Origin: an uncultured Acidobacteriaceae bacterium
GTDB lineage: Bacteria > Acidobacteriota > Terriglobia > Bryobacterales > Bryobacteraceae
Assembly: GCA_963778345.1 (NCBI GenBank)
Contig: CAVZTP010000003.1
Location: 41,408 to 105,407 of the forward strand
Direction of reading: 5' to 3'
Length of the DNA: 64,000 nt
A program made the translations under genes and the position numbers. Below, in pieces: positions 1 through 10,378 of this stretch. Every line of letters starts with the position of its first letter. Within the stretch, counting starts at the first letter, position 1. The notes beneath the pieces are model-generated. The model saw only the letters and a list, made by a program, of their open reading frames with translations, searched no databases and had not been told where the DNA came from.

Positions 1-867
1 CGCTAACGCGACACAAAAGCGTTGGAAAGTTACGCGAGGTGTTGACGCTGCCGTAACATCCGATCTGCCTCCGGCCGCCGGTTTGTCTTCCTCTTCTGCG
101 CTTGTCGCCGGGTCCATGATCGCTCTGCTTCGAGCGAACGAAATTTATCCCACTGTGGACGAGCTGATGGAGATCTTGCCGGAAGCCGAACAGTTTGTCG
201 GCACGCGGGGCGGGGGAATGGATCATGCCGTGGTTTTGGCCTCCCGACCGCGGTTGTGCGCTTTTGGTCGGGTTTTCGCCGCTGGAACTCTCCCCGATCC
301 CGATTCCTCCGGGTTGGTCATTTGTAGTTGCGCACAGCCTGACGAAAGCGGAAAAGTCGGGAGCGGCGCGATTGGAATACAACGCCCGCCGCGCGGCCGG
401 TAGCCGGGCGCTCGAGAAATTGGGCTTCCCATCTTATCGCCGCGCTCTGGTGGCGTCCGCTCCCCGACTGCGCCAGGCGTCAGCTTACTGATGAAGAATT
501 GCGTGCTTTCCGACACGTGGTGGAGGAGGGAAGCGCGGTTCAGAAAGCCATCGCCGCTCTTCGCGACAACGATGCAACCCTCTTTGGACAGTTGCTGCTT
601 GCTTCCCATGCCAGCTTGCGCGATCAATTGCGCGTGAGTTGCCCCGCGCTGGACGAAATTGTGGAAATCGCCGTCAATGCGGGCGCCTTGGGTGCTCGCG
701 TCACGGGAGCGGGGTTTGGCGGCTGCGCCATCGTCTTCTGCAAAGCAACAGATCGCGAGCAAGTCTGTGAGCAACTCGTCCAGCGCTACTACTCAAAATT
801 CAGTGATTTCGACCGTCAGAACCATTTGATCGTCGCTGAGCCGTCCGCGGGAGCAATGGTTGACTGA
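1..867 (+). pseudogene. galK: galactokinase-like GHMP kinase, 5'-partial, apparently frame-disrupted
   Basis: GHMP motif DLPPAAGLSSSSALVAG and GTRGGGMDHAVVL are in the frame of ORF 83..403. SFVVAHSLTKAEKSGAARLEYNARRAA is in the frame of ORF 195..491. LTDEELRAFRHVV...GARVTGAGFGGCAIVF is in ORF 499..867. Frame changes near ~250 and ~445-480. The 5' end lies outside the window. Confidence 0.7.
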
Positions 868-890
868 GACGATTCATTCGACATGCGGTC

Positions 891-1584
891 ATGCTTGCTG
901 CCGGCCGGGGCACGCGAATGGGCAGCATGACCGAGGCGACACCGAAACCCATGCTGCCGATTCAGGGGCGGCCGATGTTGGAGCATATTCTCGAACGGCT
1001 CGCCGCGGCAGGGATGGACCAATTTTTCGTTGTCGTCGGTTATCGCCACGACGTGATCGAAAATTATTTCCGCAATTCCAACTTGCAATGTGGAATTCCG
1101 AGTGCAAGATCCCGTGAACGGGACCGGATCGGCGGCGCTGCTGGCCAAGGATTTTGCCGATGCCCAGCCGTTCCTGCTCACCTACGGGGACATTTTGTGC
1201 GACCCTTCGGAATACGTGCGCTGCGAGTCGGAACTAAAACGGAATGAGGCTGCCGGGGCAGTCATCGCGGTGAAGGCTGTCGATGATCCCTGGCAAGGCG
1301 CGGCTGTTTACGAAGAGGAGGGACGAGTGCGGCAGATCATCGAAAAACCCCCGAAAGGCACATCGACAACTCCCTGGAATAGCGCCGGATTTTATGCGTT
1401 TCGGCCAGTGATCTTCGAATACCTGGAGCGATTGCAACCTTCCGCTCGCAATGAATACGAGCTGACTTCGGCTCTGGACATGATGCTCGAAGACGGCCTG
1501 GAACTGCGGATTTCCGCGGTTCAGGGTGACTGGCGCGACGTGGGTCGTCCGGAAGACCTGAGCGCCGTCAATTTCCTATCCTGA
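891..1584 (+). pseudogene. sugar-phosphate nucleotidyltransferase (G1P thymidylyl/uridylyl-transferase-like), one apparent frameshift
   Basis: The N-terminal LAAGRGTRMGSMTEATPKPMLPIQGRPMLEH signature is in ORF 891..1247. The protein-like continuation (NGTGSAALLAKDF...GDILCDPSEY...NSAGFYAFRP) is in ORF 1090..1584. Frame change near ~1085-1100. Confidence 0.7.
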
Positions 1585-1589
1585 ACAGT

Positions 1590-3364
1590 ATGTCTTCGAC
1601 AGGCTATAACCGGTTTCTGCTACTGGTCGCCGGACTGGGTGGCCTGCTCTATGGCGTCGATGTAGGCATCATCGGCGGCGCGTTGCCGTATTTGGAGGCA
1701 ACCTCCGGTCTGAATGCGAGCCAGCTTTCAGTGATCGTGGCCGCTGTTTTGCTGGGTAGCGTGATCTCGACTCTATTCGCCGGCATGCTGGCTGACTGGA
1801 TGGGACGAAAGCGCCTGATGGTTCTCAGCGGGCTGGCTTTTGTGGTGAGCATTCCGATCATTGCCGGTTCGCAAGGCTATGAGCCGCTGTTTTTCGGACG
1901 TTTGCTGCAGGGCATCAGCGGAGGATTCATCGGAGTAGTTGTTCCGCTTTATCTGGCCGAATGCCTGATTGCATCGAAGCGCGGTAAAGGCACAGGGATT
2001 TTTCAGTGGCTGCTGACGCTGGGGATTGTCGCGGCGGCGCTGATCGGGATCTATTACAGTTATCGCGTGGCGGAAGTCGCCCGTGCTGCTAATGCAGCTC
2101 ATCTGTTTGCATTCGAGGATCAGGCATGGCGTCGCATTTTTTGGGTTTCGCTGCCTCCGGGCGTCTTGTTCGTGATCGGTAGTCTGCTGGTGGCGGAATC
2201 TCCGCGCTGGCTATTTCGACGAGGCAAAACCGAAGCCGCGCTCCAAGCGCTTCTTCGCTCCCGCAGCGCGGAACAGGCCAGACTTCGAATTGCGGGAGAT
2301 GGAGCAGATTGCCGCCGCCGAAAAAGACAAAGTCTCGCAAAGGCGGCAAGGCCCGGGATTCGCTTTTGCGCCGGAAATATGTAATTCCGTTCGTGCTGGC
2401 TTGCGTCATCCTGTTCTGCAATACAGCCACGGGCATTAATTCCATCATCGGCTACAACACCAATATTCTTTTGCAGAGCGGCCTCTCGGATCTGCAGGCG
2501 CATTGGGGTTACGTTGCCTTTACACTGGTCAATTTTCTGATGACCATCGTCGGCCTTCTGCTCGTGGATCGCAAGGGGCGCAAGTTCCTCCTGACCTTGG
2601 GCAGTGCCGGAATCATTGTGTCTCTGATTACGACAGCCATGCTTTTCCGGAATACGGAAAAACTGCGCGTGGACTGTCGGGATGCCGTTCAAGCGATGGT
2701 CAGCCCGGATCAGACACTCACGATGCGTTTCGACGGAGCGGAGGCAAACAAGCTTCTCGCCACGAGCCCCGCGGCTGGAGGCATCAATGGCAGCCGGGCA
2801 ACTTTGACGATTCTCTACTCCTATGGCGATTTCACCGGTGGAACAAATGTCGTACGTTCTGACGATGCCGCTGCGCCGCCTATCAAGATTACTCGCGAAA
2901 GCTCTGTTCCCGCTAATAGGATCGAGGCATTTTTCAAGAATCCATTTGCGGATCTGAACAGTGCCCGCACAGCCCCTTTGCACATTGAAAAAGCTCTCAT
3001 CAGCCCCGTGCCGGATACGCAAAACGGTTGGGCGGTAGCGATCAGCCTTTATGTGTTCATGGCGTTCTTCGCGCTCGGTCCAGGCGTGTGTGTCTGGCTG
3101 GCGCTTTCCGAACTGATGCCGACGCGGATTCGATCGAACGGGATGAGCATCGCCCTGGTGATCAATCAAGTGGTCTCCACTACACTGGCGGCGATCTTCT
3201 TGCCGGTTGTCGGCAGGTATGGATACTCGACAATGTTCTTTCTGTTCGCGGGCTTCACGGTCATCTACCTTATTACTGCCGCATTCTTCCTGCCTGAAAC
3301 CAAAGGCAAGACTTTGGAAGAGATTGAAGAGCATTTTGAAACAGCCGGGGCAGTCCTAGAATGA
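1590..3364 (+). pseudogene. MFS sugar-porter family transporter, two closely spaced apparent frameshifts
   Basis: Sugar-porter motifs: ADWMGRKRLM, AESPRWLFRRG, LVDRKGRKFLL, PETKGKTLEEIE. The path runs from ORF 1590..2384, through a short stretch in the third frame (ELREMEQIAAAEKDKV, ~2285-2335), to ORF 2309..3364. Confidence 0.75.
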
Positions 3365-3373
3365 AAGACGATC

Positions 3374-4687
3374 GTGTCATTTCCTCCTGTCGAAGAACAA
3401 CTTGTTTACCTGAAGAAGGGCCTTGCGGAACTCATTCGTGAAGAAGAGCTGAAAGAGCGTCTAATCGCGTCCGCAAAAGAAGGCCGCCCGCTTCGGGTGA
3501 AAGCAGGCTTCGATCCCACCGCTCCGGATCTGCATTTAGGCCACACGGTTCTGCTTCGGAAAATGAAGCATTTCCAGGATCTCGGCCACACGGTCATCTT
3601 TTTAATCGGCGACATGACCGGGCTGATCGGCGATCCTACGGGCCGCAATATCACGCGTCCGCCGATGACGCGCGATGAGATCCAGCGTAACGCCGAAACT
3701 TACAAAGCCCAGGTCTTCAAGATTCTGGATCCCGAGAAAACCGAAGTGCGATTCAACAGCGCGTGGCTTGAGCCGCTCACGTTCGAGAATCTGATCCGGC
3801 TTTGCTCAAAGTACACGGTCGCTCGTTTGCTCGAACGCGACGATTTTAGCAAGCGCTACAAAGAAGGAACGCCGATTTCGGTTCACGAGCTCCTGTATCC
3901 GCTCGCTCAGGCGTTCGACTCGTTCGCGCTCGAATGCGATGTCGAGATGGGCGGCACGGATCAGAAATTTAATCTCCTGGTGGGCCGCGAAATTCAGAGA
4001 GATTATGGGCAGCCTCCGCAGATCGTCGCCACCGTTCCCATTCTGGAAGGCATCCATGGCATCGAGAAGATGTCGAAGTCGAAGGACAACTATATCGGCA
4101 TCACGGAGCCGCCCAAGGTCATTTTTCGCAAGATCATGCAGGTCAGCGATGAGTTGATGTATCGCTATTACGAGCTGCTGACCGATCTGCAAATGGATGA
4201 CATCGCCCGGCTGAAAGAGGATGTCGCTTCCGGGCGAAGAGATCCGATGGCGGTGAAGATGGAACTTGGGCGGCGGATCGTTGCCGATTTCCATTCGGCC
4301 GCGGAAGCCGATGCCGCGCGTGAGGCGTTCGATCGCGAAGTTCGCCAGGGCCTGGAACCGGCGGACACGGAGGTTCTGGATTTGCCCGGGTCGGTGACCA
4401 CGGAGAAAGGCATCCGAGTGGACAAATTGCTGGCGACGATCGGGCTGGCCGAGAGTGTTACGGACGCCACGCGAAAACTGAAGGCGGGCGCGGTGGAAAT
4501 CAACGGCGCTATTTTCAAGGATCTACTGCTCACGGGCGCTACGGCGATTCTGGTCATTCGTCTGGGCAAAAAATGGAAGCGAGTGCAGAATTTGAGTGAG
4601 CCGGTCTCGAAAATCTGGAATATGATGAGGGCGAAAGGAAAATCATGGCTACTGTTCTTACCGAACCTACAAGCACGCAAACTCTAA
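3374..4687 (+). CDS. tyrS: tyrosyl-tRNA synthetase
   Basis: 437-aa ORF with a GTG start. It has a class I HIGH-type motif ([11 protein letters not shown]), a KMSKS motif (EKMSKSKDN) and a C-terminal S4-like domain ([12 protein letters not shown]). The last ~14 codons overlap the next gene. Confidence 0.9.
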   Translation: MSFPPVEEQLVYLKKGLAELIREEELKERLIASAKEGRPLRVKAGFDPTAPDLHLGHTVLLRKMKHFQDLGHTVIFLIGDMTGLIGDPTGRNITRPPMTRDEIQRNAETYKAQVFKILDPEKTEVRFNSAWLEPLTFENLIRLCSKYTVARLLERDDFSKRYKEGTPISVHELLYPLAQAFDSFALECDVEMGGTDQKFNLLVGREIQRDYGQPPQIVATVPILEGIHGIEKMSKSKDNYIGITEPPKVIFRKIMQVSDELMYRYYELLTDLQMDDIARLKEDVASGRRDPMAVKMELGRRIVADFHSAAEADAAREAFDREVRQGLEPADTEVLDLPGSVTTEKGIRVDKLLATIGLAESVTDATRKLKAGAVEINGAIFKDLLLTGATAILVIRLGKKWKRVQNLSEPVSKIWNMMRAKGKSWLLFLPNLQARKL

Positions 4688-6126
4688 TCAAGCAAACCAA
4701 GATTCTGATCGATAACAAATGGGTAGACAGCGTCTCGGGCAAGAAGTTCGACACCATCAACCCGGCTACGGGCGATGTGTTGGCGAAGGTGGCTGAGGCA
4801 GACGCAGCCGACGTCGATCTGGCTGTGAAAGCTGCCCGGAAGGCGTTCCACTCGAAAGCGCCCTGGCGCAGAATGTCCGCCTCGGAGCGCGGAAAACTTC
4901 TCAACCGGCTGGCGGATCTGATTGAGAAGAACATTGACGAACTGGCTACGCTCGAATCGCTGGACAATGGCAAGCCCAAGCATGTCGCGGCTGCCGCGGA
5001 TTTGCCGCTCACCATCGCGTGTTACCGCTATTACGCGGGCTGGGCCGACAAGATTCAAGGCAAGACCATTCCGATCAGCGGCGATTATTTCTGCTATACC
5101 CGCCACGAACCTGTTGGCGTGGTCGGACAGATCATCCCGTGGAATTTTCCGCTATTGATGCAGGCCTGGAAACTCGGCCCGGCGCTCGCTTGCGGGAATA
5201 CGGTTGTGCTGAAAGTGGCGGAGCAAACGCCTCTGAGCGCTCTGCGAGTGGGCGAGCTGATTCTCGAAGCGGGATTTCCCAACGGCGTGGTGAATATTCT
5301 TCCGGGCTATGGGCCAACTGCGGGAGGAGCGATCGCGCGCCACATGGATGTCGATAAGGTGGCATTCACCGGTTCGACCGAAGTGGGGCACCTCATTATG
5401 AAGGCTGCGGCGGAAACGAATCTGAAACGAGTCACCCTCGAATTGGGCGGCAAGAGCCCGAATATTGTCTTCGCCGATGCGGATATGGAGCAGGCGGTCG
5501 AAGGGTCGCATTTCGCGCTGTTCTTCAATCAGGGACAGTGCTGCTGCGCGGGCTCGCGGGTATTTGTCGAGGACAAGATTTACGACGAGTTCGTCCAGCG
5601 CAGCACGGAACGGGCTAAGAAGCGCACGGTCGGCAATCCGCTCGATAAGAATACGGAGCAAGGGCCGCAGGTCGACAACGATCAATTTAATAAGGTGATG
5701 AGCTATGTCGAAGCGGGGAAGAAAGAAGGGGCAAAGCTGATGTGCGGCGGGGAGCGCGTCGGCGATCGCGGCTATTTCGTGGCTCCCACGGTTTTCGCGG
5801 ACGTTAAGGACGATATGAAGATTGCCGAAGAAGAGATCTTCGGTCCGGTGATGAGCGTTTTGAAGTTTAAGGATATGGATGAGCTGGTGGAACGCGCCAA
5901 CAAGACCATGTATGGTCTGGCGGCAGCGGTTTGGACGCGGGACATTACGAAGGCGCATCACATTGCGAACAACGTGAGAGCGGGCACGGTGTGGGTGAAC
6001 TGCTATGACGTTTTCGATGCGGCTGCGCCGTTCGGAGGGTTCAAGCAATCCGGCATCGGGCGCGAGCTGGGCGAATACGGCTTACAACAGTATTCGGAAA
6101 TCAAGACGGTTACGGTGAAGCTGTAG
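4645..6126 (+). CDS. NAD(P)-dependent aldehyde dehydrogenase
   Basis: 493-aa ORF with ALDH signatures [12 protein letters not shown] and [13 protein letters not shown] (catalytic Cys), plus [11 protein letters not shown]. Confidence 0.9.
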   Translation: MATVLTEPTSTQTLIKQTKILIDNKWVDSVSGKKFDTINPATGDVLAKVAEADAADVDLAVKAARKAFHSKAPWRRMSASERGKLLNRLADLIEKNIDELATLESLDNGKPKHVAAAADLPLTIACYRYYAGWADKIQGKTIPISGDYFCYTRHEPVGVVGQIIPWNFPLLMQAWKLGPALACGNTVVLKVAEQTPLSALRVGELILEAGFPNGVVNILPGYGPTAGGAIARHMDVDKVAFTGSTEVGHLIMKAAAETNLKRVTLELGGKSPNIVFADADMEQAVEGSHFALFFNQGQCCCAGSRVFVEDKIYDEFVQRSTERAKKRTVGNPLDKNTEQGPQVDNDQFNKVMSYVEAGKKEGAKLMCGGERVGDRGYFVAPTVFADVKDDMKIAEEEIFGPVMSVLKFKDMDELVERANKTMYGLAAAVWTRDITKAHHIANNVRAGTVWVNCYDVFDAAAPFGGFKQSGIGRELGEYGLQQYSEIKTVTVKL

Positions 6127-6130
6127 ATTT

Positions 6131-6165
6131 AAAAAAAGAGGAGCAGGCCGCCAAACCTGCTCCTC
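6131..6165 (-). terminator. intrinsic terminator between convergent genes
   Basis: Perfect 10-bp stem GAGGAGCAGG (6138-6147) / CCTGCTCCTC (6156-6165) with an 8-nt loop. Read on the minus strand it is followed by T7 (A7 at 6131-6137). It sits just downstream of the minus-strand gene 6178..6945 and after the aldehyde dehydrogenase stop. Confidence 0.6.
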
Positions 6166-6177
6166 GTCAAAATGCCG

Positions 6178-6945
6178 CTACGCCGCTAGCGGCATGTCCA
6201 CAACATTTCTGACCGGCATCTCTACTACGTTGTCGGTCGCGAGCTTCGTCAGAAGAGCGTCCGTGGCGATCGCCAGTAACTGTTCCGCCCGATCGCCGAG
6301 ATCGAATTCTTCGGAGAAGCGCCTCAATTGCGTGTTGAACGCGCGCCGCAGCAGCACTAACGCTTCTTCCAAGCCCAGCTTCGGGATATCAATGATTGCG
6401 AATTTCAAAATGCTGTCCATGAGCACCGTTTCCACGTTGAGCATTTTGTAGAGCGAACGGCGATTCTTCATCACGTACTTGATGACTTCCTTGCTGCGGT
6501 AGGCGAAATAGTGCTCGCGGGTAAACCAGGGAAACCGTTTCGTGTCGAGCGTCTTCAACTCGCGGCCCAGCTTATTCGCGGCCGAACGGAAGGCCCGGTC
6601 GAGAGCCTCGGTCTGCTGAATGTCGTAGGTGAACATGTTGGTCGGTTTGCCCGAGAACGGATGCGTGCATTGATACACGAGAATCGGATATGCAGTGTGC
6701 GGCCGCAGGAGAACTTCAGGATTGACTGCGAACCATTCGCGAACCCAGCCGCGCATTGCGGTCTGCATGGCTTTCGAAACGGTCGAGTAAGTGGGGAAAT
6801 AGGCGGCGGTGCGTTCCCTGGGAGCTCGCTTCCAAACCGAGAAGTCAATTCCGGAATTCTCAGCGCACGCCGGCGCCTGGTTCGTCTCGACGGCTGAAGC
6901 ATCTGCTTCCGTGTTCCGCAACGGCATCATGATCAGTTCGCCCAT
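6178..6945 (-). CDS. hypothetical protein (no recognisable domain)
   Basis: Internal ATG at 6945 (MGELIMMPLRN...) is preceded by GGGAGAG. The longer 335-aa ORF upstream extension looks non-coding. I recognise no motif. Confidence 0.5.
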   Translation of the reverse strand: MGELIMMPLRNTEADASAVETNQAPACAENSGIDFSVWKRAPRERTAAYFPTYSTVSKAMQTAMRGWVREWFAVNPEVLLRPHTAYPILVYQCTHPFSGKPTNMFTYDIQQTEALDRAFRSAANKLGRELKTLDTKRFPWFTREHYFAYRSKEVIKYVMKNRRSLYKMLNVETVLMDSILKFAIIDIPKLGLEEALVLLRRAFNTQLRRFSEEFDLGDRAEQLLAIATDALLTKLATDNVVEMPVRNVVDMPLAA

Positions 6946-7211
6946 TTGATCTCTCCCAAAATGCGAAAGCCGGGAACGTGTCCCGGCCTGCCTGAATTTG
7001 ATTTCTACTCGGGGGTGTTCACCCGAGCGACCACGAAAGTAGCACAGCCGCCAAAACAAACTGGGGTCCGATGAAGGGGTCAGACGCGGAAAAAATGCTG
7101 TAACCGGCTGATAGAGATGGAGAAAAAAAATTTGAGAAATATTTTCAACTTTTGTGACTACTTTTGCGAGACTTGCGAAAAGCACCCATTTGGGGGTGTT
7201 TATCGCACCGC

Positions 7212-7259
7212 CTCACGGTCGCGGTTCTGCCGCAAAACCGCTCCTCACGGTCGCGGTTC
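7212..7259 (+). repeat. two tandem copies of the REP-like core CTCACGGTCGCGGTTC
   Basis: Identical 16-mers at 7212-7227 and 7244-7259. The same core recurs at 34676-34713 and 35525-35562. Confidence 0.7.
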
Positions 7260-7411
7260 CGTTATTACTCGTTATAAAAAAGATCCCAGGCCATCACAAT
7301 TTTCGGTTCTCATTCTGAGCTCGTGTCTTCAATGAGTTAGGGCTGATTTCCAGGCCTAGCGTTTTGGCGGTGGATTACGCTGCTTGCGGGAGAGAACGAA
7401 GCTCTCGGAGG

Positions 7412-7461
7412 GGTAATAATGCACTTTTTTGCGGTAATAACGGGGTTTTTGGAGGTAATAA
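7412..7461 (+). repeat. three GGTAATAA boxes at exact 21-bp spacing upstream of the terminase small-subunit gene
   Basis: GGTAATAA occurs at 7412, 7433 and 7454. The first two boxes are followed by T-runs. The last box is 8 bp before the ATG at 7469. Confidence 0.6.
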
Positions 7462-7468
7462 CGCGCTG

Positions 7469-7792
7469 ATGGCACGGCCAACTTACGAAGTTACGGCGAA
7501 GATGCGGAAGATGGTGAAGGCCATGGCATCGCTGGGCTGCCGGCATGAAGATATTGCCCGGATGATGGAGATGACTCCGAAGACATTGCGCAAACATTTT
7601 CGGAGCGAGCTGGATACGGGCGCGATCGAGGCCAACAACAAGGTAGTGCAGTCGCTGTTCGAAATGGCGACGACGGGGAAGAATCCCACAGCGGCGATTT
7701 TCTGGGCGAAGACGCGGTGCGGATGGCGAGAGCGGTCGCGGGATGCGGACCCGTCGCCGGAAACGCCACAGATCATTGTGAAAGTGGAATAG
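7469..7792 (+). CDS. phage terminase small subunit-like HTH protein
   Basis: MARPTYEV... starts 13 nt after GGAGG. It has an HTH-like segment (CRHEDIARMMEMTPKTLRKH) and AAIFWAKTRCGWRE, which is typical of small terminase proteins. It lies immediately upstream of the large subunit. Confidence 0.55.
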   Translation: MARPTYEVTAKMRKMVKAMASLGCRHEDIARMMEMTPKTLRKHFRSELDTGAIEANNKVVQSLFEMATTGKNPTAAIFWAKTRCGWRERSRDADPSPETPQIIVKVE

Positions 7793-9100
7793 TTGGCGCG
7801 GAAAGAGAGAGCGGCCGCGACGACGATCGGACTGCGTCCAGCCCAGATGGAGGTGTTCCGGTGTCCGAGGCGGTTTCGGGTGCTGGTGGCGGGACGGCGA
7901 TTCGGAAAGACGCAACTGGCGCTGGTGGAACTGCTGCGGGCGGCGGCTGAACCGCAACGGAGCGTGTGGTATGTTGCGCCGACTTACCGGCAAGCCAAGC
8001 GGATCGCATGGAACCGGTTGAAAGAACTGACGCGTCCGTTCTGGAGCGGCCGGCCGAACGAGAGCGATCTGAGCATTGTGCTGCGCGGGGGCGGGACGAT
8101 TGCGCTGAAGGGCGCTGACCGGTACGACTCGCTGCGCGGGAATGGATTGGATTTCGTGGTGCTGGATGAGTATGCTTCGATGCGGCCGGAGTGCTGGACG
8201 GAGGTGCTGCGACCGGCGTTGAGCGACCGGCGGGGAGGAGCGCTGTTCATGGGGACGCCGCAAGGAGCGAATCATCTGCGCGATCAGTTCGAACAGGCGC
8301 AGCGGGATATGGAGTGGCAGGCGTTTCAGTTCACGACGATCGAGGGCGGGAATGTGAGCGAGGAAGAACTGGCCAGCGCGGCGCGGGCAATGGACGAGCG
8401 GCTGTACCGGCAGGAGTTTGAGGGGTCGTTTGAAAGCGTCGGGCATGGGCTGGCGTATTACGCGTTTTCACGGACGGAGAACGTGCGGAGTTGTGAGTAC
8501 GATCCGCGGCTGCCCTTGATCTGGTCACTGGATTTCAATGTGCATCCGATGTGTTCGGTGCTGCTGCAGCGGGAGGGGGAAACGGTATACGTTCTGGATG
8601 AAATGGTTTTGCACAATGCGAATACGCCGGCGGCTTGCGAGGAACTGCTGAAGAGAACGGCGGGGTGGCAACGCGCCGGGGCGGTGACGATGGAGGTGTA
8701 TGGCGATGCGAGCGGATATCAGCGACGCACTTCGGGGACGGGCACGGACTGGAGCTTGATTCGGGAGTTTTTCGGAGGACGGAGAGGACAGTTCCTGGCA
8801 TCGGTTCGCGCGGGGAGCACGAACCCGGCGGTGCGGGATCGGGTGAACGTGGTGAACAGCCGCTTGTGCAGCGCGAGCGAGGAGCGGCGATTGTTTGTGG
8901 ATCCGCGATGCCGGGAATTGGTGCGGGATCTGGAGCGCGTGCAGTGGTGCACCGACGGGGCGGGGCAGCCGACGAGCGAGTTGGATAAGTCGGATCGGAT
9001 GCGGACGCATGTTAGCGATGCGGTTGGGTATTATCTGGCGCAGGCGTTTCCGATGCGGGGACGGATTGGGCTGCAGAACGTGGGGAGAGTGGTGTGGTAA
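7793..9100 (+). CDS. phage terminase large subunit
   Basis: 435 aa. Walker A-like VLVAGRRFGKT, Walker B FVVLDEYASM, and a C-terminal nuclease-like region (WSLDFNVHPM...YGDASG). Confidence 0.8.
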   Translation: MARKERAAATTIGLRPAQMEVFRCPRRFRVLVAGRRFGKTQLALVELLRAAAEPQRSVWYVAPTYRQAKRIAWNRLKELTRPFWSGRPNESDLSIVLRGGGTIALKGADRYDSLRGNGLDFVVLDEYASMRPECWTEVLRPALSDRRGGALFMGTPQGANHLRDQFEQAQRDMEWQAFQFTTIEGGNVSEEELASAARAMDERLYRQEFEGSFESVGHGLAYYAFSRTENVRSCEYDPRLPLIWSLDFNVHPMCSVLLQREGETVYVLDEMVLHNANTPAACEELLKRTAGWQRAGAVTMEVYGDASGYQRRTSGTGTDWSLIREFFGGRRGQFLASVRAGSTNPAVRDRVNVVNSRLCSASEERRLFVDPRCRELVRDLERVQWCTDGAGQPTSELDKSDRMRTHVSDAVGYYLAQAFPMRGRIGLQNVGRVVW

Positions 9101-9103
9101 GGA

Positions 9104-9145
9104 GGAGACAGGAGTCAGGAGACAGGAGACGGGAGTCAGGAGACA
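9104..9145 (+). repeat. heptamer tandem repeat (GGAGACA / GGAGTCA / GGAGACG) x6
   Basis: Six consecutive 7-bp units read directly: ggagaca ggagtca ggagaca ggagacg ggagtca ggagaca. Confidence 0.9.
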
Positions 9146-9147
9146 GA

Positions 9148-9516
9148 GTGATTAGCCAACGACCGGCGGCTCGAACATTTCGCGATTTGATTGTTTGGCG
9201 AAAGGCGCATGAGTTTGTGCTTGGCGTCTACCGCTTCACTGGCTTATTTCCTAAGCACGAAATGTATGCGCTCTCGATGCAAATGCGTCGCGCTGCAATA
9301 TCGGTGCCGGCCAATATCGCCGAGGGTTTCCGAAAACGCACTAAGCCCGACAAGGCGCGTTACTTGAACGTCGCGGAAGGTTCACTCGAGGAGAGCCGCT
9401 ATTATTTGATCCTGGCAGTGGATCTTGGATACGGGGATACCGCTGAGTTGATGGCCCTCCTTGAAGAAGTGAGCCGTCTCCTTCACGCATACGGCAGAGC
9501 GATTCTGGCTCCTTGA
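9148..9516 (+). CDS. four-helix-bundle protein (23S rRNA intervening-sequence protein family)
   Basis: FRDLIVWRKAHEFVLGVYRFT...QMRRAAISVPANIAEGF...YLNVAEGSLEESRYYL matches this family. The in-frame GTG at 9148 gives the usual ~120-aa size. The upstream part of ORF 9094 is only translated heptamer repeat. Confidence 0.8.
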   Translation: MISQRPAARTFRDLIVWRKAHEFVLGVYRFTGLFPKHEMYALSMQMRRAAISVPANIAEGFRKRTKPDKARYLNVAEGSLEESRYYLILAVDLGYGDTAELMALLEEVSRLLHAYGRAILAP

Positions 9517-9832
9517 GGAGAAGGTTTGCCGATCCTGCCGGCTCGCATTCAGCAAAGAGTTCGGCGATAATGCTTTTGATCGATCTACGGGGACTTTCGA
9601 ACGGCCTATCTCGACCAACATGGGCCCTCAATTGGCTTGCCGATACGGAGGGCGCGGGGTCTTTTTTTCTCGCCGCCATGAATTATGTACAAGTTTAGCT
9701 GAAGGAGTTGTACTAGTGTTAAGAATCTGGCTGGGGCGAGATTCGCTGGGCGACGGCGAATCAGTTATGCGGGATTGTGACGATAGCTTCCGAAGCGCGG
9801 CGGCCCGTGTTTACGGTCAATACGTCTTGCAA

Positions 9833-10354
9833 TTATTTTGTGGACATGTCGGAGAACAGGTCGGCAACGGCCAATTTCACGTCGCCCGCAGTTAATTCTT
9901 CTCCGATGCCAATCAGCTTGAACGAATCCGGACCATGAGACTCGAAGCAAACCTGGGCGGCCGGGTCGATCACCCAGCAATGAGGGACGCCCCACGCATG
10001 ATACTGTTTGCATTTCCGGAGCAGTTCGGATTGCGTTTGGCCGGGCGATAGAATTTCTACGCACAGCAGGGGGGTCGAGATCAGATAGCCGCGCTGATCC
10101 GTATCGAAGGTTCCGGGGTGCGTGAGTGTGACGTCCGGAACGAGCCATTCCTCGCCGCGCGCGAGACTCCATTCCTGATGAACGGTTGCGCCGATGCGGC
10201 GGGCGATCGGCTTCAACCGCAAAACAACGTTGAACTGGCACTCGGAATGAGTCTTACCGCCCAAAACACGCTCCACGAACTGGCCGTTGACGAATTCAAG
10301 GTATCTGTCGCGCTCGAGTTCCAGATCGAGCGGAGCTGAAACATGGGTTGCCAT
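9833..10354 (-). CDS. Uma2-family (DUF820) PD-(D/E)XK-like endonuclease
   Basis: 173 aa with the family pattern EFVNGQFVER...GKTHSECQ...VPDVTLT...PLLCVEILSPGQ. Confidence 0.75.
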   Translation of the reverse strand: MATHVSAPLDLELERDRYLEFVNGQFVERVLGGKTHSECQFNVVLRLKPIARRIGATVHQEWSLARGEEWLVPDVTLTHPGTFDTDQRGYLISTPLLCVEILSPGQTQSELLRKCKQYHAWGVPHCWVIDPAAQVCFESHGPDSFKLIGIGEELTAGDVKLAVADLFSDMSTK

Positions 10355-10378
10355 TTGCGCCTACAGTTGATTGTAGGC

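Noticed and set aside
2120-3334. 404-aa minus-strand ORF opposite the MFS transporter. Similar long antisense or alternative-frame ORFs occur at 5152..6048, 7337..8446, 25135..26229 and 36241..37395.
   Set aside because: All lie entirely inside well-supported genes on the other strand or in another frame. They are Arg/Pro/Gly/His-rich low-complexity translations typical of GC-rich shadow ORFs, and they have no recognisable motifs.
4560-4687. Possible lost stop or frameshift creating the TyrS C-terminal tail that overlaps the aldehyde dehydrogenase start by 43 nt
   Set aside because: Without an alignment I cannot show that the tail (…[36 protein letters not shown]) is abnormal. No alternative frame gives a better continuation, so the ORF is reported as is.
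9094-9147. N-terminal extension of the four-helix-bundle ORF (MVRRRQESGDRRRESGDR). Likewise ORF 20678..20905 (…TGDRRQETGDRRQETGDRRQE).
   Set aside because: These peptides are only translations of the GGAGACA heptamer tracts. The family-typical protein starts at the GTG at 9148, and the second tract has no downstream coding continuation.
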